Below the pieces are notes generated by a model, which did not search any database, had not been told where the DNA came from, and worked only from the letters and a program-made list of their open reading frames with translations. A program made the position numbers and the translations under genes. From contig CAWHXD010000005.1 of the NCBI GenBank assembly GCA_963833225.1, positions 64,001 to 128,000 of the forward strand: a stretch of DNA of 64,000 nucleotides, read 5' to 3'. This document shows positions 1-11,691 of this stretch, in pieces. Source of the stretch: an uncultured Chloroflexia bacterium. GTDB lineage: Bacteria; Chloroflexota; Limnocylindria; Limnocylindrales; CSP1-4. Position 1 is the stretch's first letter. Every line of letters begins with the position of its first letter.

Positions 1-762
1 CTACCTCCACAAGATCCTCGACGGCTGCCGCCTGGTGGGGATCAAGGACCGGCTGGTGGAGCTGCCGGCCAACACCGACGAGCAGGGGATCGGCGACGCG
101 CTGCGCGACCTCCAGGCCGACCCGCACGTGGCCGGGATCATCACCCAGATGCCGCTCCCGCCCGGGATTCCGCTCCGTGCGGTCATCGATGTCCTGGATC
201 CGCAGCGTGACATCGATGGCATCCACCCGCTCAACGCGGGCCTCCTGTCGCTCGGCTATGACGGGTTCCTGCCGGCAACCGCCCACGCGAGCATCGAGAT
301 CCTCAAGCAGTCCGGGATCGAGATCTCGGGCAAGCGGGCGGTGGTGGTCGGCCGGTCGAACGTGATCGGCAAGCCCGCGGCGCTGCTCGCTGGTCCGCGA
401 GAACGCCACGGTCACGATCTGCCACAGCAAGACCCAGGATCTTCCCGCCGTGATCCGCAGCGCCGACATCGTGGTCGTCGCGATCGGCAGGGCGAACTTC
501 GTGACCGGCGACATGCTGAAGGCTGGCGCCGTCGTCGTCGACGTCGGGATCAACGTGGTCGAGGGGCAGCTCGTCGGCGATGTCCACTTCGGTTCCGCCA
601 GTCCGCGTCGCGTCCGCCATCACCCCCGTGCCCGGCGGCGTCGGGCCACTCACCAACGCGATCCTGCTCACCCATCTCGTGCAGGCCGCCCGCAGCCAGG
701 CCAGAGGCCTGGTCCCACTGGGCGCCCACTCCCTCGCCGTCGCCACCCCGGAGGCCAGCTAG
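1..762 (+). CDS. folD: Methylene-THF dehydrogenase/cyclohydrolase, 5'-truncated, two apparent frameshifts (~390, ~600)
   Basis: Motifs [40 protein letters not shown] spread over three + frames; stop at 762 abuts fhs ATG. Confidence 0.95.
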
Positions 763-2471
763 ATGTCGTTCCCGTCCGATCTCGAGATCGCCCGCTCGGT
801 CACCCCCCGCCCGATCGCCGACGTGGCCCACGACATGGGCTTCCGCGACGACGAGATCGAGCTGTACGGAGCCAGCAAGGCCAAGGTCACGATCGAGGGC
901 ATCGAGCGCGCGGAGCGCGAGCGTCCGCGCGGCAAGTACGTCCTGGTGACGGCGATCAGCCCGACCCCCCTGGGCGAGGGCAAGAGCACCACCACGGTCG
1001 GTCTCGCCCAGGGTCTCCAGCGGATCGGCAAGCAGGCCACGGTCGCCCTGCGCCAGCCGTCGCTGGGCCCGGTGTTCGGGATCAAGGGCGGCGCCGCGGG
1101 CGGCGGCTACTCCCAGGTCATCCCGATGGAGGACTTCAACCTCCACCTCACCGGCGACACGCACGCGATCGGCGCGGCGCACAACCTCGCCGCGGCGTTC
1201 ATCGACAACCACATCCACCACGGCAACCAGCTCGGCATCGACGCCAACAACGTGCTCTGGCCCCGGGTCGTCGACATCAGCGACCGCGCCCTGCGCGACG
1301 TCGTGGTCGGCCTCGGCGGCAAGGAGAACGGCTATCCCCGCCAGAGCCAGTTCGTGATCACCGTCGCGTCCGAGGTGATGGCCATCCTCGCCCTCGCCGA
1401 GCGACCTCAAGGACCTCCGCGCCCGCCTGGGCCAGATCGTCCTCGCGACCAAGAAGGACGGCACCCCGATCACGGCCGAGGACCTTCAGGTCGCGGGCTC
1501 GATGACCGTGCTGCTCAAGGACGCCCTCAAGCCCAACCTGATGCAGACCCTCGAGGGCGGCCCCGCCTTCGTCCACTGCGGCCCGTTCGCCAACATCGCC
1601 CACGGCAACAACAGCATCATCGCCGACCGGGCCGCGCTCGCGGGCTCCGACATCCTGGTCACCGAGGCCGGCTTCGGGGCCGACATGGGGGCCGAGAAGT
1701 TCTTCGACATCAAGTGCCGCGCGTCGGGTCTGGCGCTGCGACGCCGCGGTCATCGTGGCCACCGTCCGGGCGCTCAAGATGCACGGCGGCGTGGGCCGGA
1801 TCGTGGCCGGCAAGCCGCTCGACCCGGTGCTGCTCGAGAGCAACCCGGAGGGGGTCCGCCGGGGCGGCGCCAACCTCGCCAAGCAGATCGAGAACGTCAA
1901 GGCGTTCGGGGTCCCGGTCGTGGTCGCGATCAACGTGTTCCCGACCGACACCGCCGAGGAGATCGCGGTGATCCGGGAGGTCGCCCTCGCCGCGGGTGCC
2001 CGCGACGCGGTGGTCGCCCGCCACTTCACCGACGGCGGGGCCGGGGCGGAGGACCTCGCCCGCGCGGTCTGGGCCGCGGCGGAGGAGGGCAGCCCCGACT
2101 TCCGGCTGCTGTACCCCGACGAGATGCCGCTGCGCGAGAAGATCGAGACGATCGCCACCCGGATCTACGGCGCCGACGGCGTGGACTACAGCCCCGCCGC
2201 GGCCAAGAGCCTCGCGCTCTACGAGGACCTCGGCTACGGCCACCTGCCGGTGTGCATGGCCAAGACCCAGTACAGCCTGAGCCACGACGCCAAGCTCCTC
2301 GGCCGGCCCACCGGCTACCGGCTGCCGATCCGGGAGGTGCGCCTGAGCGCCGGCGCCGGGTTCATCACCCCCCTGTGCGGCGACATGCGCACCATGCCCG
2401 GGCTCAACTCCCGCCCGGGCGGCGAGCGGATCGACATCGACGCCGACGGCAACGTGGTCGGCCTGTTCTAG
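763..2471 (+). CDS. fhs: Formate--tetrahydrofolate ligase, frameshifts near 1400 and 1737
   Basis: [73 protein letters not shown]-terminal GLF across ORFs 763, 1502 and 1755. Confidence 0.97.
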
Positions 2472-2571
2472 CGGTCGCGCCCCACCGGCCCGGGTGAGCC
2501 ACCCGGGCCGCGTTCTCGGTCGTCGCGGCCGCGTTCACCATCTAGCGGCCCGGCGCCGGTATGCTCCGGCG

Positions 2572-3696
2572 ATGATCCTCCAGCTGATCGTTGCCATCCT
2601 GGGCCTGCTCGTGATCGGGAGGACGGTGCTGAGCGCTGTCCGGACCTTCGTGGTGCCGCGCGGCGTCAACGACCGGCTGACCTGGGTCGCGTTCCGCATC
2701 ATCCGCAAGGGGTTCGACCTGGCGGCGCCTCCGTCGAGGCCGTACGCGGTCCGCGACCGGATCCTCGCGTACTACGGCCCGATCGCGCTGATCCTGCTGC
2801 CGGCCTGGTGGCTGGTTCTCCTGGTGGTCGGGTTCGGAGCGGTCTTCTGGGCGCTGGGCCTGCCCGCGCAGGAGGCGCTGGTGGCGTCCGGCTCATCGCT
2901 GCTGACGCTGGGGTTCCTCGAGCCACGCGTGCCGTTGGGTGACATCCTCGCGTTCATCGAGGCGGCAATCGGCCTGGCGATGGTCGCCCTCCTGATCTCG
3001 TACCTGCCCACGATCTACGGTGCGTTCTCCCGCCGGGAGCTGCTGGTCAGCATGCTCGAGGTCCGCGCGGACACGCCGCCATCGCCGGTGGTGATGATCA
3101 CGCGCATGCACCGGCTCCACGGGCTCGACGCGCTGCACGCGATGTGGGAGCGCTGGGAGCAGTGGTTCGCTGAGGTCGAGGAATCGCACAGCTCGCTGCC
3201 CGTTCTCGTCTTCTACCGGAGCCAGCAGGCCTCCCAATCGTGGGTGAACGCGGCGGGGGCCATCATGGATGCGGCTGCCCTGGTTCGCTCGTCGGTGGCC
3301 ATCCCGATGGATGTCCAGGCCGACCTGGTGATCCGCTCCGGATACCTGGCCCTGCGCCGCATCAGCGACTTCTTTCGCTTCCCGTATGACCCCGACCCCA
3401 AGCCGACGGATGCCACGTCGATCGACCGCGGGAAGTTCGATGCGGCGCTCGAGGTGCTCGCCCAGGCCGGCGTCCCGCTCGTGGACGACCGCGACCAGGC
3501 GTGGCGGGACTTCAACGGCTGGCGCGTGAACTACGACGTGGTGCTTCGCCGGCTGGAGCGGTTGACCGTGGCCCCGGTCCCGTGGTGGGAGCGTCCGATG
3601 CGGTCCGCGTGGGTCACCGACGAGCCGATGGTGGCGTCCGCCGAGCTGGAGACGGAGCCCGCCGGGCTGGAGACGGAGCCCGCCGCGGGCGCCTGA
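2572..3696 (+). CDS. Membrane protein with potassium-channel-like pore segment (Ion_trans_2-like)
   Basis: Several TM helices, pore-like SGSSLLTLGF, then EAAIGLAMVALLISYLPTIYGAFSRRE; TATGCT 6 nt upstream of ATG 2572. Confidence 0.65.
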   Translation: MILQLIVAILGLLVIGRTVLSAVRTFVVPRGVNDRLTWVAFRIIRKGFDLAAPPSRPYAVRDRILAYYGPIALILLPAWWLVLLVVGFGAVFWALGLPAQEALVASGSSLLTLGFLEPRVPLGDILAFIEAAIGLAMVALLISYLPTIYGAFSRRELLVSMLEVRADTPPSPVVMITRMHRLHGLDALHAMWERWEQWFAEVEESHSSLPVLVFYRSQQASQSWVNAAGAIMDAAALVRSSVAIPMDVQADLVIRSGYLALRRISDFFRFPYDPDPKPTDATSIDRGKFDAALEVLAQAGVPLVDDRDQAWRDFNGWRVNYDVVLRRLERLTVAPVPWWERPMRSAWVTDEPMVASAELETEPAGLETEPAAGA

Positions 3697-3708
3697 CGCC
3701 GGCGAGGA

Positions 3709-3936
3709 TCAGGCCAGCTGGTCGAAGAACACGAAGCCGGTGGCGATCACCCACGCCGCGGCAACGGCCAGCGCCGCGACGACACCCAGGGCGCCGATGC
3801 CCCACATCCGCCAGTCGATGGGTCCCAGCGTGTCGGCTTCGTGGTCATCGTGGCCCGCGGCGTGGTCGTCCGCGTGGTGGATCGGGTCCGGGGCGTGGGC
3901 CGCCGCGTCGGCGTCGCCCATGTCGTGGTCGGTCAT
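3709..3936 (-). CDS. Small His/Asp-rich membrane protein
   Basis: MTDHDMG...HHADDHAAGHDDHE followed by LGPIDWRMWG and one TM helix; GGAGG upstream. Confidence 0.65.
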   Translation of the reverse strand: MTDHDMGDADAAAHAPDPIHHADDHAAGHDDHEADTLGPIDWRMWGIGALGVVAALAVAAAWVIATGFVFFDQLA

Positions 3937-3998
3937 CGTGGTCTCGGTCGTACCTCCACGGACAGTCTGCCACGGGTGGCACACCCTAGACTGGGCGC

Positions 3999-4709
3999 GT
4001 GCTCACCGTCGTCCTCACCCGCCATGGTCTGACCGACCGCTCGGAGCCCGAGCAGCACCTCGGCCAGCACATCGACATCTCCCTTTCGGATGCCGGTCGT
4101 CGCCAGGCGGAAGCCCTCGGCCGGCGGCTGGCGGGCGTTCCCTTCTCCCGGGTGATCAGCAGCCCGCTGTTCCGGTCCCAGGAGACCGCCGGGATCATCG
4201 CGCCCATGGGCGTCCGCGTCGAGACCGACCCCCGGCTCAAGGAGATGGACTACGGCGGCTGGGAGGGGCTGACCTACCGGCAGATCGAGGCCCGCGATGG
4301 CGCCGCGCGCCGCGAATGGGAGCTGGCGCCGGACCGGCTCGCCTGCCCGGGCGGCGAGTCCGGCAACGACGTCGCGATCCGGGTCCGCTCGTTCCTCACC
4401 GACCTGCTCGCCGAGCACAAGGCGTGGCACGCCCGCGCCTCCTTCCGCGCGGCGACCGCGCAGGGTGGCCCGGGCGGTGCCCCAGGGGAGCGCCCGATCC
4501 TGGTCGCGGCTCACAGCTCCACGAACCGGGTGCTGATGTGCGTCGCGCTGGGCACCGACGTGCGCGACTACCGTCGGCGGTTCGTGCAGGCCCAGGCGAA
4601 CCTCACGGTGCTGCGCTGGGAGATTGGCGACGGACCCGAGGACGCGAAGCTGCTGGTCGCCAACGACCTGGGGCATGTGCGCGCGGCCGGCGAGCTGCCC
4701 TGGGCCTAG
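3999..4709 (+). CDS. Histidine phosphatase superfamily protein (PGAM-like)
   Basis: N-terminal RHG, SSPLFRSQET, LKEMDYGGWEG, PGGES, AH motif. Confidence 0.9.
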   Translation: MLTVVLTRHGLTDRSEPEQHLGQHIDISLSDAGRRQAEALGRRLAGVPFSRVISSPLFRSQETAGIIAPMGVRVETDPRLKEMDYGGWEGLTYRQIEARDGAARREWELAPDRLACPGGESGNDVAIRVRSFLTDLLAEHKAWHARASFRAATAQGGPGGAPGERPILVAAHSSTNRVLMCVALGTDVRDYRRRFVQAQANLTVLRWEIGDGPEDAKLLVANDLGHVRAAGELPWA

Positions 4710-5404
4710 GAGCCGGGCTCGGACTCTGGGGGATCCACGACGGGTTTCGGGCTCCGCTTCGGCTTGCCGGGCATGCCCAGGCGCCACCACAGCAGCCCGA
4801 CGAACAGCACGATCACCGCGACCGCGATGGCCAGGTCGAACGGCTTGAGCATCTCGCGGATCTGGACCCAGTTGTCGCCCAGCAGGACGCCCGCCCAGAC
4901 CAGCGCGATCGACCATGGCAGGGCCCCGGCCGTCGAGTAGGCGATGAACTTGCCGAGGGGCATCCGCGTGACGCCCGCCGGGAACGAGATGAACGTCCGG
5001 ACGATGGGCAGCAGGCGCCCGAAGAAGACCGTGGCGGCGCCGTACTGCTCGAAGAACCGGTCCGCGGCCTCGATCTCGTGGTCCCGGATCAGCAGGTACT
5101 TCCCGTAGCGCTCGAGGAACGGTCGCCCGCCGTAGGCACCGATCGCGTACGCGATCAGCGAGCCGAGCGTGTTGCCCAGCGTGGCCACGATCACCACGAT
5201 CCAGAAGCTCCAGGGCTGCCCGGTCAGCGGCTCGACCTGGCTGGAGCTGGACACCATGAAGCCCGCGAACGGGAGGATCAGCTCCGACGGCAGGGGCACC
5301 ATGGCGGACTCGATCCCCATGGCCAGCAGGACGCCGACGTAGCCAACCGCCCCGTAGAGCGACTGGAGGAAGGGGAGAGCGATCTCGTCGATGAAGGCGA
5401 TCAC
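4706..5404 (-). CDS. DedA family membrane protein
   Basis: ESAMVPLPSELILPFAG; GRLLPIVRTFISFPAG signature. Confidence 0.92.
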   Translation of the reverse strand: MIAFIDEIALPFLQSLYGAVGYVGVLLAMGIESAMVPLPSELILPFAGFMVSSSSQVEPLTGQPWSFWIVVIVATLGNTLGSLIAYAIGAYGGRPFLERYGKYLLIRDHEIEAADRFFEQYGAATVFFGRLLPIVRTFISFPAGVTRMPLGKFIAYSTAGALPWSIALVWAGVLLGDNWVQIREMLKPFDLAIAVAVIVLFVGLLWWRLGMPGKPKRSPKPVVDPPESEPGS

Positions 5405-5433
5405 GGGCCGAAGGGTAGCCTATGCTCGCTCCC

Positions 5434-7067
5434 GTGACCGATGCCCATTTCGTCCCAGAGCGCTCACCCGGACCCCGGAGCCCGGACCACATCGTCCTGA
5501 CCGGCGCCGATCTCGATATCGGCGACGTGGAGGCGGTCGCGCGGCGCGGGGCCTCGGCATCCCTTGACGTGCATGCGCGCGACCGGATGCAGGAGGCACG
5601 GGACGTCATCGAGGCGCTCGTCGACCGCGGCGACGTCGTCTACGGAGTGACCACGGGCTTCGGTGATCTCGCGACCACCTCGATCCCGCCCGCCGGTGCC
5701 GCCCAGCTCCAGGAGAACCTGCTCGTCTCCCACGCCGCTGGCGTGGGGCCGGCGTTCCCGCGCGAGGTGGTCAGGGCGATGCTGCTGCTGCGGGCAAACA
5801 CCCTGGCGCTCGGCCACTCGGGGTGCCGGCCGCTGCTGGTCGACCGGATCTGCCGGTTCCTCGAGCTGGGGATCCACCCGGTGGTCCCGGAGCAGGGAAG
5901 CGTGGGCGCGTCGGGGGATCTCGCGCCGCTTGCCCACCTCGCGCTGCCACTGATCGGGCGGGGGCAGGTGGAGCTGCGCGGCCAGGTGGTACCGGCGATG
6001 GTGGCCCTCCGCGAGTGCGACCTGGAGCCGCTGGCGCTCCAGGCCAAGGAGGGCCTCGCGCTCCTCAACGGCACCCAGCTGATGAGCGCGCTCGGCGCGC
6101 TACTGCTCGCCGATGCGGACCGGCTCGCGCGCACGGCCTCGGTGGCGGCCGCGATGTCCGTCGAGGCGCTCCTGGGCACCGAGGTGGCCTATGCGGCGCC
6201 GTACCAGCTCGCCCGGCCGCACCCGGGCCAGGTCAGCGGTGGCTGGAGAGCTCCGGCACCTGCTGCGCGGCTCCGGGCTGCAGACGGCGCACCACGAGTC
6301 GGCCCACAAGGTCCAGGACCCGTACTCGCTCCGCTGCGTCCCCCAGGTGCACGGCGCGGTGCGGGACGCGCTGGACTACCTGCGCCGGGTGCTCGATATC
6401 GAGCTCAACTCCGCGACGGACAACCCGCTCGTGTTCCCGGCGGGCGGTTCCGTGCCCACCGAGGCGCTCGCGACCGGCGGCGGGCTGGTCATCAGCGGCG
6501 GCAACTTCCACGGCGAGCCGATCGCGCTCGCGCTCGACTTCGCGAAGCTGGCGATCTCGGAGCTGGGAGCCATCTCGGAGCGGCGGACGGCGCTGCTCCT
6601 GGACCCGCGGCTCAACGGCGGGCTGCCGGCGTTCCTCTCGCCCGATCCGGGCCGGAACAGCGGGCTGATGATCGCCCAGTACACGGCGGCGGCCCTGGCG
6701 TCGGAGAACAAGGTGCTACGCCCACCCGTCGTCGGCCGACTCGATCCCCACCTCCGCCAACCAGGAGGACCACGTGTCGATGGGCGCGGCGTCTGCCCGG
6801 CATGCCCGGACGGTGCTGGGGCACGTCGAGCAGATCCTCGCGATCGAGCTGCTGTGCGCCGCCCAGGCGCTGGACCTGCGGCTGGCCCGGATGACGGCCG
6901 GCGAGGACGGCGCGGTCCCGGCGCCGGGGGCGGGCGTCGTGGAGGCGCATCGCCGGCTGCGCGAGCGGATCCCGTTCCTCGCCGAGGACCGGGAGCCGGG
7001 CCCGGACCTGGCGGCGGCGCTGGCGCTGGTCCATGAGGGGGCGCTGGCGGACCTCGTCGCGGGCTGA
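5434..7067 (+). CDS. hutH: Histidine ammonia-lyase, frameshifts near 6235 and 6720
   Basis: VYGVTTGFG, His-specific LVSH, MIO-forming [45 protein letters not shown]. Confidence 0.96.
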
Positions 7068-7165
7068 CGCCGCGCGCAGCCGTCGCGACGAACCCTCGAT
7101 GCCGAGGGAGGACGCCGCGGATCTGCGGCCGTGACGGGATCGCCGCACATCGTAGACTCCAGACC

Positions 7166-7927
7166 ATGGCCATCCGCATCGTCGACGTCACCGACGACGC
7201 CACCTTCGCCCTGCTCCCGCCGTGCGCGGATCCCGGGTTCGACCACCGGTCCTGCGACTACTGGGAGGATGCGGACCGCGGCTCCCGTGCGGCCCGCCTG
7301 TCCTGGTTGAGCGCGGCACCGCCGGCCCCCGTCGCGAAGGCCCGGCCCCGCAACCCGTTCGGGGACGACGAGGGCGACGAGCCGGCCGTCAACCCCTTTG
7401 CCCCTCCCTCCCGTGGTCCGGCGCTCAACCCGTTTGCCGCCGACGATGAACCGGCCTTCAACCCGTTCGCGCCGGCGCCAAGGGCGAGGCCCACCGTGCC
7501 CGACGGCGCGCTCCCCAAGCTGCGGCTGCTCGCCCGGGGCCTCGCGGTGTTCGGGTCGTACGCGAAGGTGCTGCTCGCCGAGGATGCGCCCGCCGCGTAC
7601 GCGCAGTTCGGGCCACTGTCCGCCTACCCACGCGCGCTGCGCACGCGCGACCTGTACCCGCGCCTCCCGGCCTCGCCGCTGCCCGCGGTGATCACGTGCA
7701 TCGCCACGACGGCTGCCGCCCGGGAGCTCGGGTATGCCGCGATGCTCGTCGAGGCGGTCTGCGACGACCTCGCCGGCCGCGGGTTCGCGGCCGTGGAGAC
7801 GTATCCGGAGGTGGGGGCACGAGCCAACGCCACCAGCGCGGCCGCTCCGGCGTTCTGGGAGCACCTCGGCTTCGTGGTGGCGGCGCCCGACGAGCGCTTC
7901 CCGGTCATGCGCCGCGAGCTCGCGTGA
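7166..7927 (+). CDS. GNAT-family acetyltransferase-like protein with an NPF-repeat insertion
   Basis: N-terminal C..CDYWE, YAQFGP, RELGYA, RGFAAVETY, FWEHLGF...FPVMRREL. Confidence 0.75.
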   Translation: MAIRIVDVTDDATFALLPPCADPGFDHRSCDYWEDADRGSRAARLSWLSAAPPAPVAKARPRNPFGDDEGDEPAVNPFAPPSRGPALNPFAADDEPAFNPFAPAPRARPTVPDGALPKLRLLARGLAVFGSYAKVLLAEDAPAAYAQFGPLSAYPRALRTRDLYPRLPASPLPAVITCIATTAAARELGYAAMLVEAVCDDLAGRGFAAVETYPEVGARANATSAAAPAFWEHLGFVVAAPDERFPVMRRELA

Positions 7928-8561
7928 GGCGCCTCGGACCACTGGTGGTCGTGGCGCTCGCCGCTGGCATGCTGGGCGCCGGCTGCGGTGGCCCGGCGCC
8001 GTCGACCGCCCCAGCCCACTCGATGCCGCACCCTCCCCGACGCCCGCCACGACGGCGAGCCCGACGCGTCCGTCGTCGGCGCCCTCCTCCCCGTCGCCCT
8101 CGTCGTCCATCGCCGCCGGTGCCGTGGAGGACCCCGCGCTGATCGCCGTCCTCCCCGCGGATCTCGATGGCAACCAGGTCATGCTCGAGTCGCAGGCCTT
8201 CTCGGAAGCGATGGCCGACAGCGGCTTTGCCATGAACATCGAGGCCGCCGCCTTCGGTGTCGTGGTGGCCGGCAACGACCTCGCGTCCGCGGTGGTCGCG
8301 AAGCCCGTCGACGGCGTGTTCTCCGACGCCTGGTTCCGCGACTGGCGCGACTCATACAACCAGGGTGCGTGCGCCCAGGCGGGAGGCATCGTCGGCAACG
8401 CAGAGGCGGAGCTCGGCGGGCGGACCGTCTACATCGGGACATGCTCGGGGGGCCTGCGCACCTACCACGCGTGGCTCGAGGACCGGGGCCTGCTGGTGTC
8501 GGCGTTCTCGACCGGCGAGGGCCGATTCGGCGAGCGGCTGATGGCTGGCCTGCGTCCCTGA
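7924..8561 (+). CDS. Putative lipoprotein, frameshift near 8030
   Basis: GTG overlaps the upstream stop; signal peptide with LGAGC lipobox, Pro/Ser linker, domain with two Cys. Confidence 0.65.
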
Positions 8562-8579
8562 CGGCGTAGACTCGCGACC

Positions 8580-10265
8580 ATGACCACCGTGACTGCCGGC
8601 GCGATGCCTTCGGGCCCGCGCCCCGTTCGCGCCCCTCGCGGCACGACCCTGTCCACCAAGGGCTGGCAGCAGGAGGCGGTCCTGCGGATGCTCATGAACA
8701 ACCTCGACCCGGACGTGGCCGAGAACCCCGACGAGCTAGTGGTCTACGGGGGGACCGGGCGGGCGGCGCGCAGCTGGGAAGCGTTCGACGCCATCGTCCG
8801 CGAGCTGGTCCGCCTGGAGGACGATGAGACGCTCCTGGTCCAGAGTGGCAAGCCGGTCGCGGTCTTCCGGACCCACGAATGGGCACCGCGGGTCCTGATC
8901 GCGAACTCGAATCTCGTTGGCAAGTGGGCGACCTGGGACCACTTCCGCGATCTCGAGCGACAAGGCCTCATGATGTATGGCCAGATGACCGCCGGGTCCT
9001 GGATCTACATCGGCACCCAGGGGATCCTGCAGGGCACCTACGAGACCTTCGGCGAGCTCGCCCGCCAGCACCACAGCGGATCGCTGCGCGGGACCGTGAC
9101 CCTGACCGCGGGCCTCGGCGGGATGGGCGGTGCGCAGCCCCTTGCCGTGACCATGAACGAGGGTGTCTGCCTCGCGATCGAGGTCGACGAGCACCGGGCC
9201 CAGCGGCGCCTCGAGATCGGCTACGTCGACCGGCTCACCCATTCGCCCCAGGAGGCGCTGGCGATGGCCCGCCAGGCGGCCTCGGCAGGAGAGGCGATCT
9301 CGATCGCCCTCGTCGGCAACGCCGCCGAGATCGAGCCGATGTGGGCAACGGCCGGCGAGCGGTTCGACGTGGTGACGGACCAGACGTCCGCACACGATGC
9401 GCTGGCCGGCTATGTGCCCGCTGAGATCTCGCTCCACGATGCGCACGTGCTCCGGATCTCGCAGCCGGACGTCTACATGCAGCGCTCGATGCGTTCGATG
9501 GCGGACCACGTCCGGGCAATGCTCGCCTTCCAGGCGGCGGGCGCCGTGGTGTTCGACTACGGCAACAACCTCCGGGCGCAGGCCCAGGAGGCGGGCGTCG
9601 AGAACGCGTTCGACTACCCGGGGTTTGTCCCGGCGTTCATCCGCCCGCAGTTCTGCGAGGGTCGTGGGCCGTTCCGCTGGGTGGCGCTGTCCGGCGATCC
9701 GGCGGACATCCGGCGCACCGACCGGGCGCTGCTCGAGCTGTTCCCGCACGACCGGGGCCTGCGCCGCTGGCTGGAGCTGGCCGAGGCAAAGGTGCCGTTC
9801 CAGGGCCTGCCGGCACGGATCTGCTGGCTGGGCTACGGCGAGCGGGCGAAGGCCGGCCTGGAGTTCAACCGGCTGGTCGCCTCAGGCGAGGTCGGTGCCC
9901 CCATCGTCATCGGGCGCGATCACCTGGACTCCGGGTCTGTTGCCTCGCCCAACCGCGAGACCGAGGCGATGCTTGACGGCACCGACGCTGTCGCCGATTG
10001 GCCGCTGCTCAACGCGCTGGTCAACACCGCCGCCGGTGCGACCTGGGTCTCGATCCACCATGGTGGCGGGACCGGGATCGGGTACTCGCAGCATGCCGGC
10101 ATGGTGGTCGTGGCCGACGGTACCGAGCTCGCCGCTCGCAAGCTGGAGCGGGTGCTCACCAGCGATCCGGGGATGGGGGTCGTGCGCCACGTGGACGCGG
10201 GCTACGAACGGGCAATCGAGGTCGCGCGGGAACGCGGCGTGCGCATCCCGATGCTCGACGGGTAG
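8580..10265 (+). CDS. hutU: Urocanate hydratase
   Basis: [59 protein letters not shown]. Confidence 0.98.
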   Translation: MTTVTAGAMPSGPRPVRAPRGTTLSTKGWQQEAVLRMLMNNLDPDVAENPDELVVYGGTGRAARSWEAFDAIVRELVRLEDDETLLVQSGKPVAVFRTHEWAPRVLIANSNLVGKWATWDHFRDLERQGLMMYGQMTAGSWIYIGTQGILQGTYETFGELARQHHSGSLRGTVTLTAGLGGMGGAQPLAVTMNEGVCLAIEVDEHRAQRRLEIGYVDRLTHSPQEALAMARQAASAGEAISIALVGNAAEIEPMWATAGERFDVVTDQTSAHDALAGYVPAEISLHDAHVLRISQPDVYMQRSMRSMADHVRAMLAFQAAGAVVFDYGNNLRAQAQEAGVENAFDYPGFVPAFIRPQFCEGRGPFRWVALSGDPADIRRTDRALLELFPHDRGLRRWLELAEAKVPFQGLPARICWLGYGERAKAGLEFNRLVASGEVGAPIVIGRDHLDSGSVASPNRETEAMLDGTDAVADWPLLNALVNTAAGATWVSIHHGGGTGIGYSQHAGMVVVADGTELAARKLERVLTSDPGMGVVRHVDAGYERAIEVARERGVRIPMLDG

Positions 10266-10307
10266 ACGGCGCCGGGGCGGCCGCGGCCGGCTCGCGGTCG
10301 CTCGCGG

Positions 10308-11615
10308 TCAGCTCGCGATGACCGGCGCGGCGATGATCTCCTCGCCGTCCTCGACCGGGTCCGGCATCACGCGGAGCTGGCGGACCGGCGACAGCGCCAC
10401 GGGCAGGAACGCAATGAGCCCGCCGACGGCGCCGATCACGATCGTGGAATGCAGCCCGATGAGGCTGCCGAGCGCCCCGCCCAGGATGGACCCGACGGGC
10501 ATCGTCCCCCACACGATGAACCGCATCGTGGCATTCATGCGCCCCTGCATCCGGGCCGGGGTGATCGACTGGCGCAGCGACACCTGGTTGATGTTCCAGC
10601 TGACGCCGCAGAACCCGCTGACGAATCCGGACAGCGCAACGGCCGGCCAGATCAGCGAATCGGGCGCGAAGGCCACAGGGAGCCCAGCCACGCTGAACCC
10701 GATCGCGGTCGCGACCAGCATCGGCCCCACGCCCACCCCCCGGGTGATCCGACCGGCGGTGAATGCCGCTACGAGCACACCGACGGAACCCACCGAGAAC
10801 GCGAACCCGATCGCTTCGGCGCCGAGACCCCGCTCGCGGACGAGATACAAGATCAGGATCGAGCCCATGACGTTGGTGAAGAAGTTGGTGATCCCGGTTG
10901 TGGCAGCGATCGAGCGTAGCCAGCGATGGCCGATCACGTATCGCAGCCCGTCGGCGATCTCGGCGCGCATCGAGGGTCGCGGCCCGTCAACAGGGGTGCC
11001 TTGGGGTACCGCCCGGGGCTCCGGCCTCCGGATCCAGGCCAGGAGCACGGCCGAGACCAGGTACGAGGCGGCATCGATCGCCATCGCGAACGGGGCTCGC
11101 AGCAGCCCGATCAGGATGCCAGCTCCGCCTGGCCCGAGGATCTGCGACGCCGACCGGGTGATCTCGAGCTTGGAGTTGCCATCCACTAGCTGGCCGCGGC
11201 CAACGACGGTCGGCAGGTAGCTCTGGTACGCGACGTCGAAGAAGACCGTGAGGCAGCCGTTCACGAAGCCGACGAGGTACAGCTGCCAGATCGTCAGCGC
11301 GTCGAAGGCGAAGGCGACCGGAATGGACGCGATGGCGATGGCTCGTCCGATGTCGCCGACGATCAGGATCGGACGGCGCCGCAGCCGGTCGACCCACACG
11401 CCTGCGGGGAGGCTGAGCAGGATGAACGGCAGGAACTCGATGGTCGTGAGCAGCCCGAACTCGAATGCTCCGACCTGGAGGACGGTCGCGGCGATCAGGG
11501 GCAGCGCGAGCTGCGTGATCGCGGATCCGAACACGGAAACGGTCTGCGCGCTCCACAGGCGCAGGAAGTCCGGGTGGCGCAAGAGGCTGCGGGAAGTCCG
11601 CGCTTCGCTGCTCAT
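10308..11615 (-). CDS. MFS transporter (MFS_3/H+ antiporter-like)
   Basis: About 12 TM helices, GVWVDRLRRR motif A, MQGRMNA. Confidence 0.9.
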   Translation of the reverse strand: MSSEARTSRSLLRHPDFLRLWSAQTVSVFGSAITQLALPLIAATVLQVGAFEFGLLTTIEFLPFILLSLPAGVWVDRLRRRPILIVGDIGRAIAIASIPVAFAFDALTIWQLYLVGFVNGCLTVFFDVAYQSYLPTVVGRGQLVDGNSKLEITRSASQILGPGGAGILIGLLRAPFAMAIDAASYLVSAVLLAWIRRPEPRAVPQGTPVDGPRPSMRAEIADGLRYVIGHRWLRSIAATTGITNFFTNVMGSILILYLVRERGLGAEAIGFAFSVGSVGVLVAAFTAGRITRGVGVGPMLVATAIGFSVAGLPVAFAPDSLIWPAVALSGFVSGFCGVSWNINQVSLRQSITPARMQGRMNATMRFIVWGTMPVGSILGGALGSLIGLHSTIVIGAVGGLIAFLPVALSPVRQLRVMPDPVEDGEEIIAAPVIAS

Positions 11616-11691
11616 CGGCGGCAGAGTCTACGCGAGCCGGTATGCGCCTGCCGGGCCCTCCTGCGAGCGCCCATGCCTGTAGATTGGGGTC

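Noticed and set aside
380-6730. Frameshifts in folD, fhs and hutH as programmed frameshifting or pseudogenes
   Set aside because: Scattered single indels without slippery sites in otherwise conserved genes, with the same pattern window-wide, point to sequencing error
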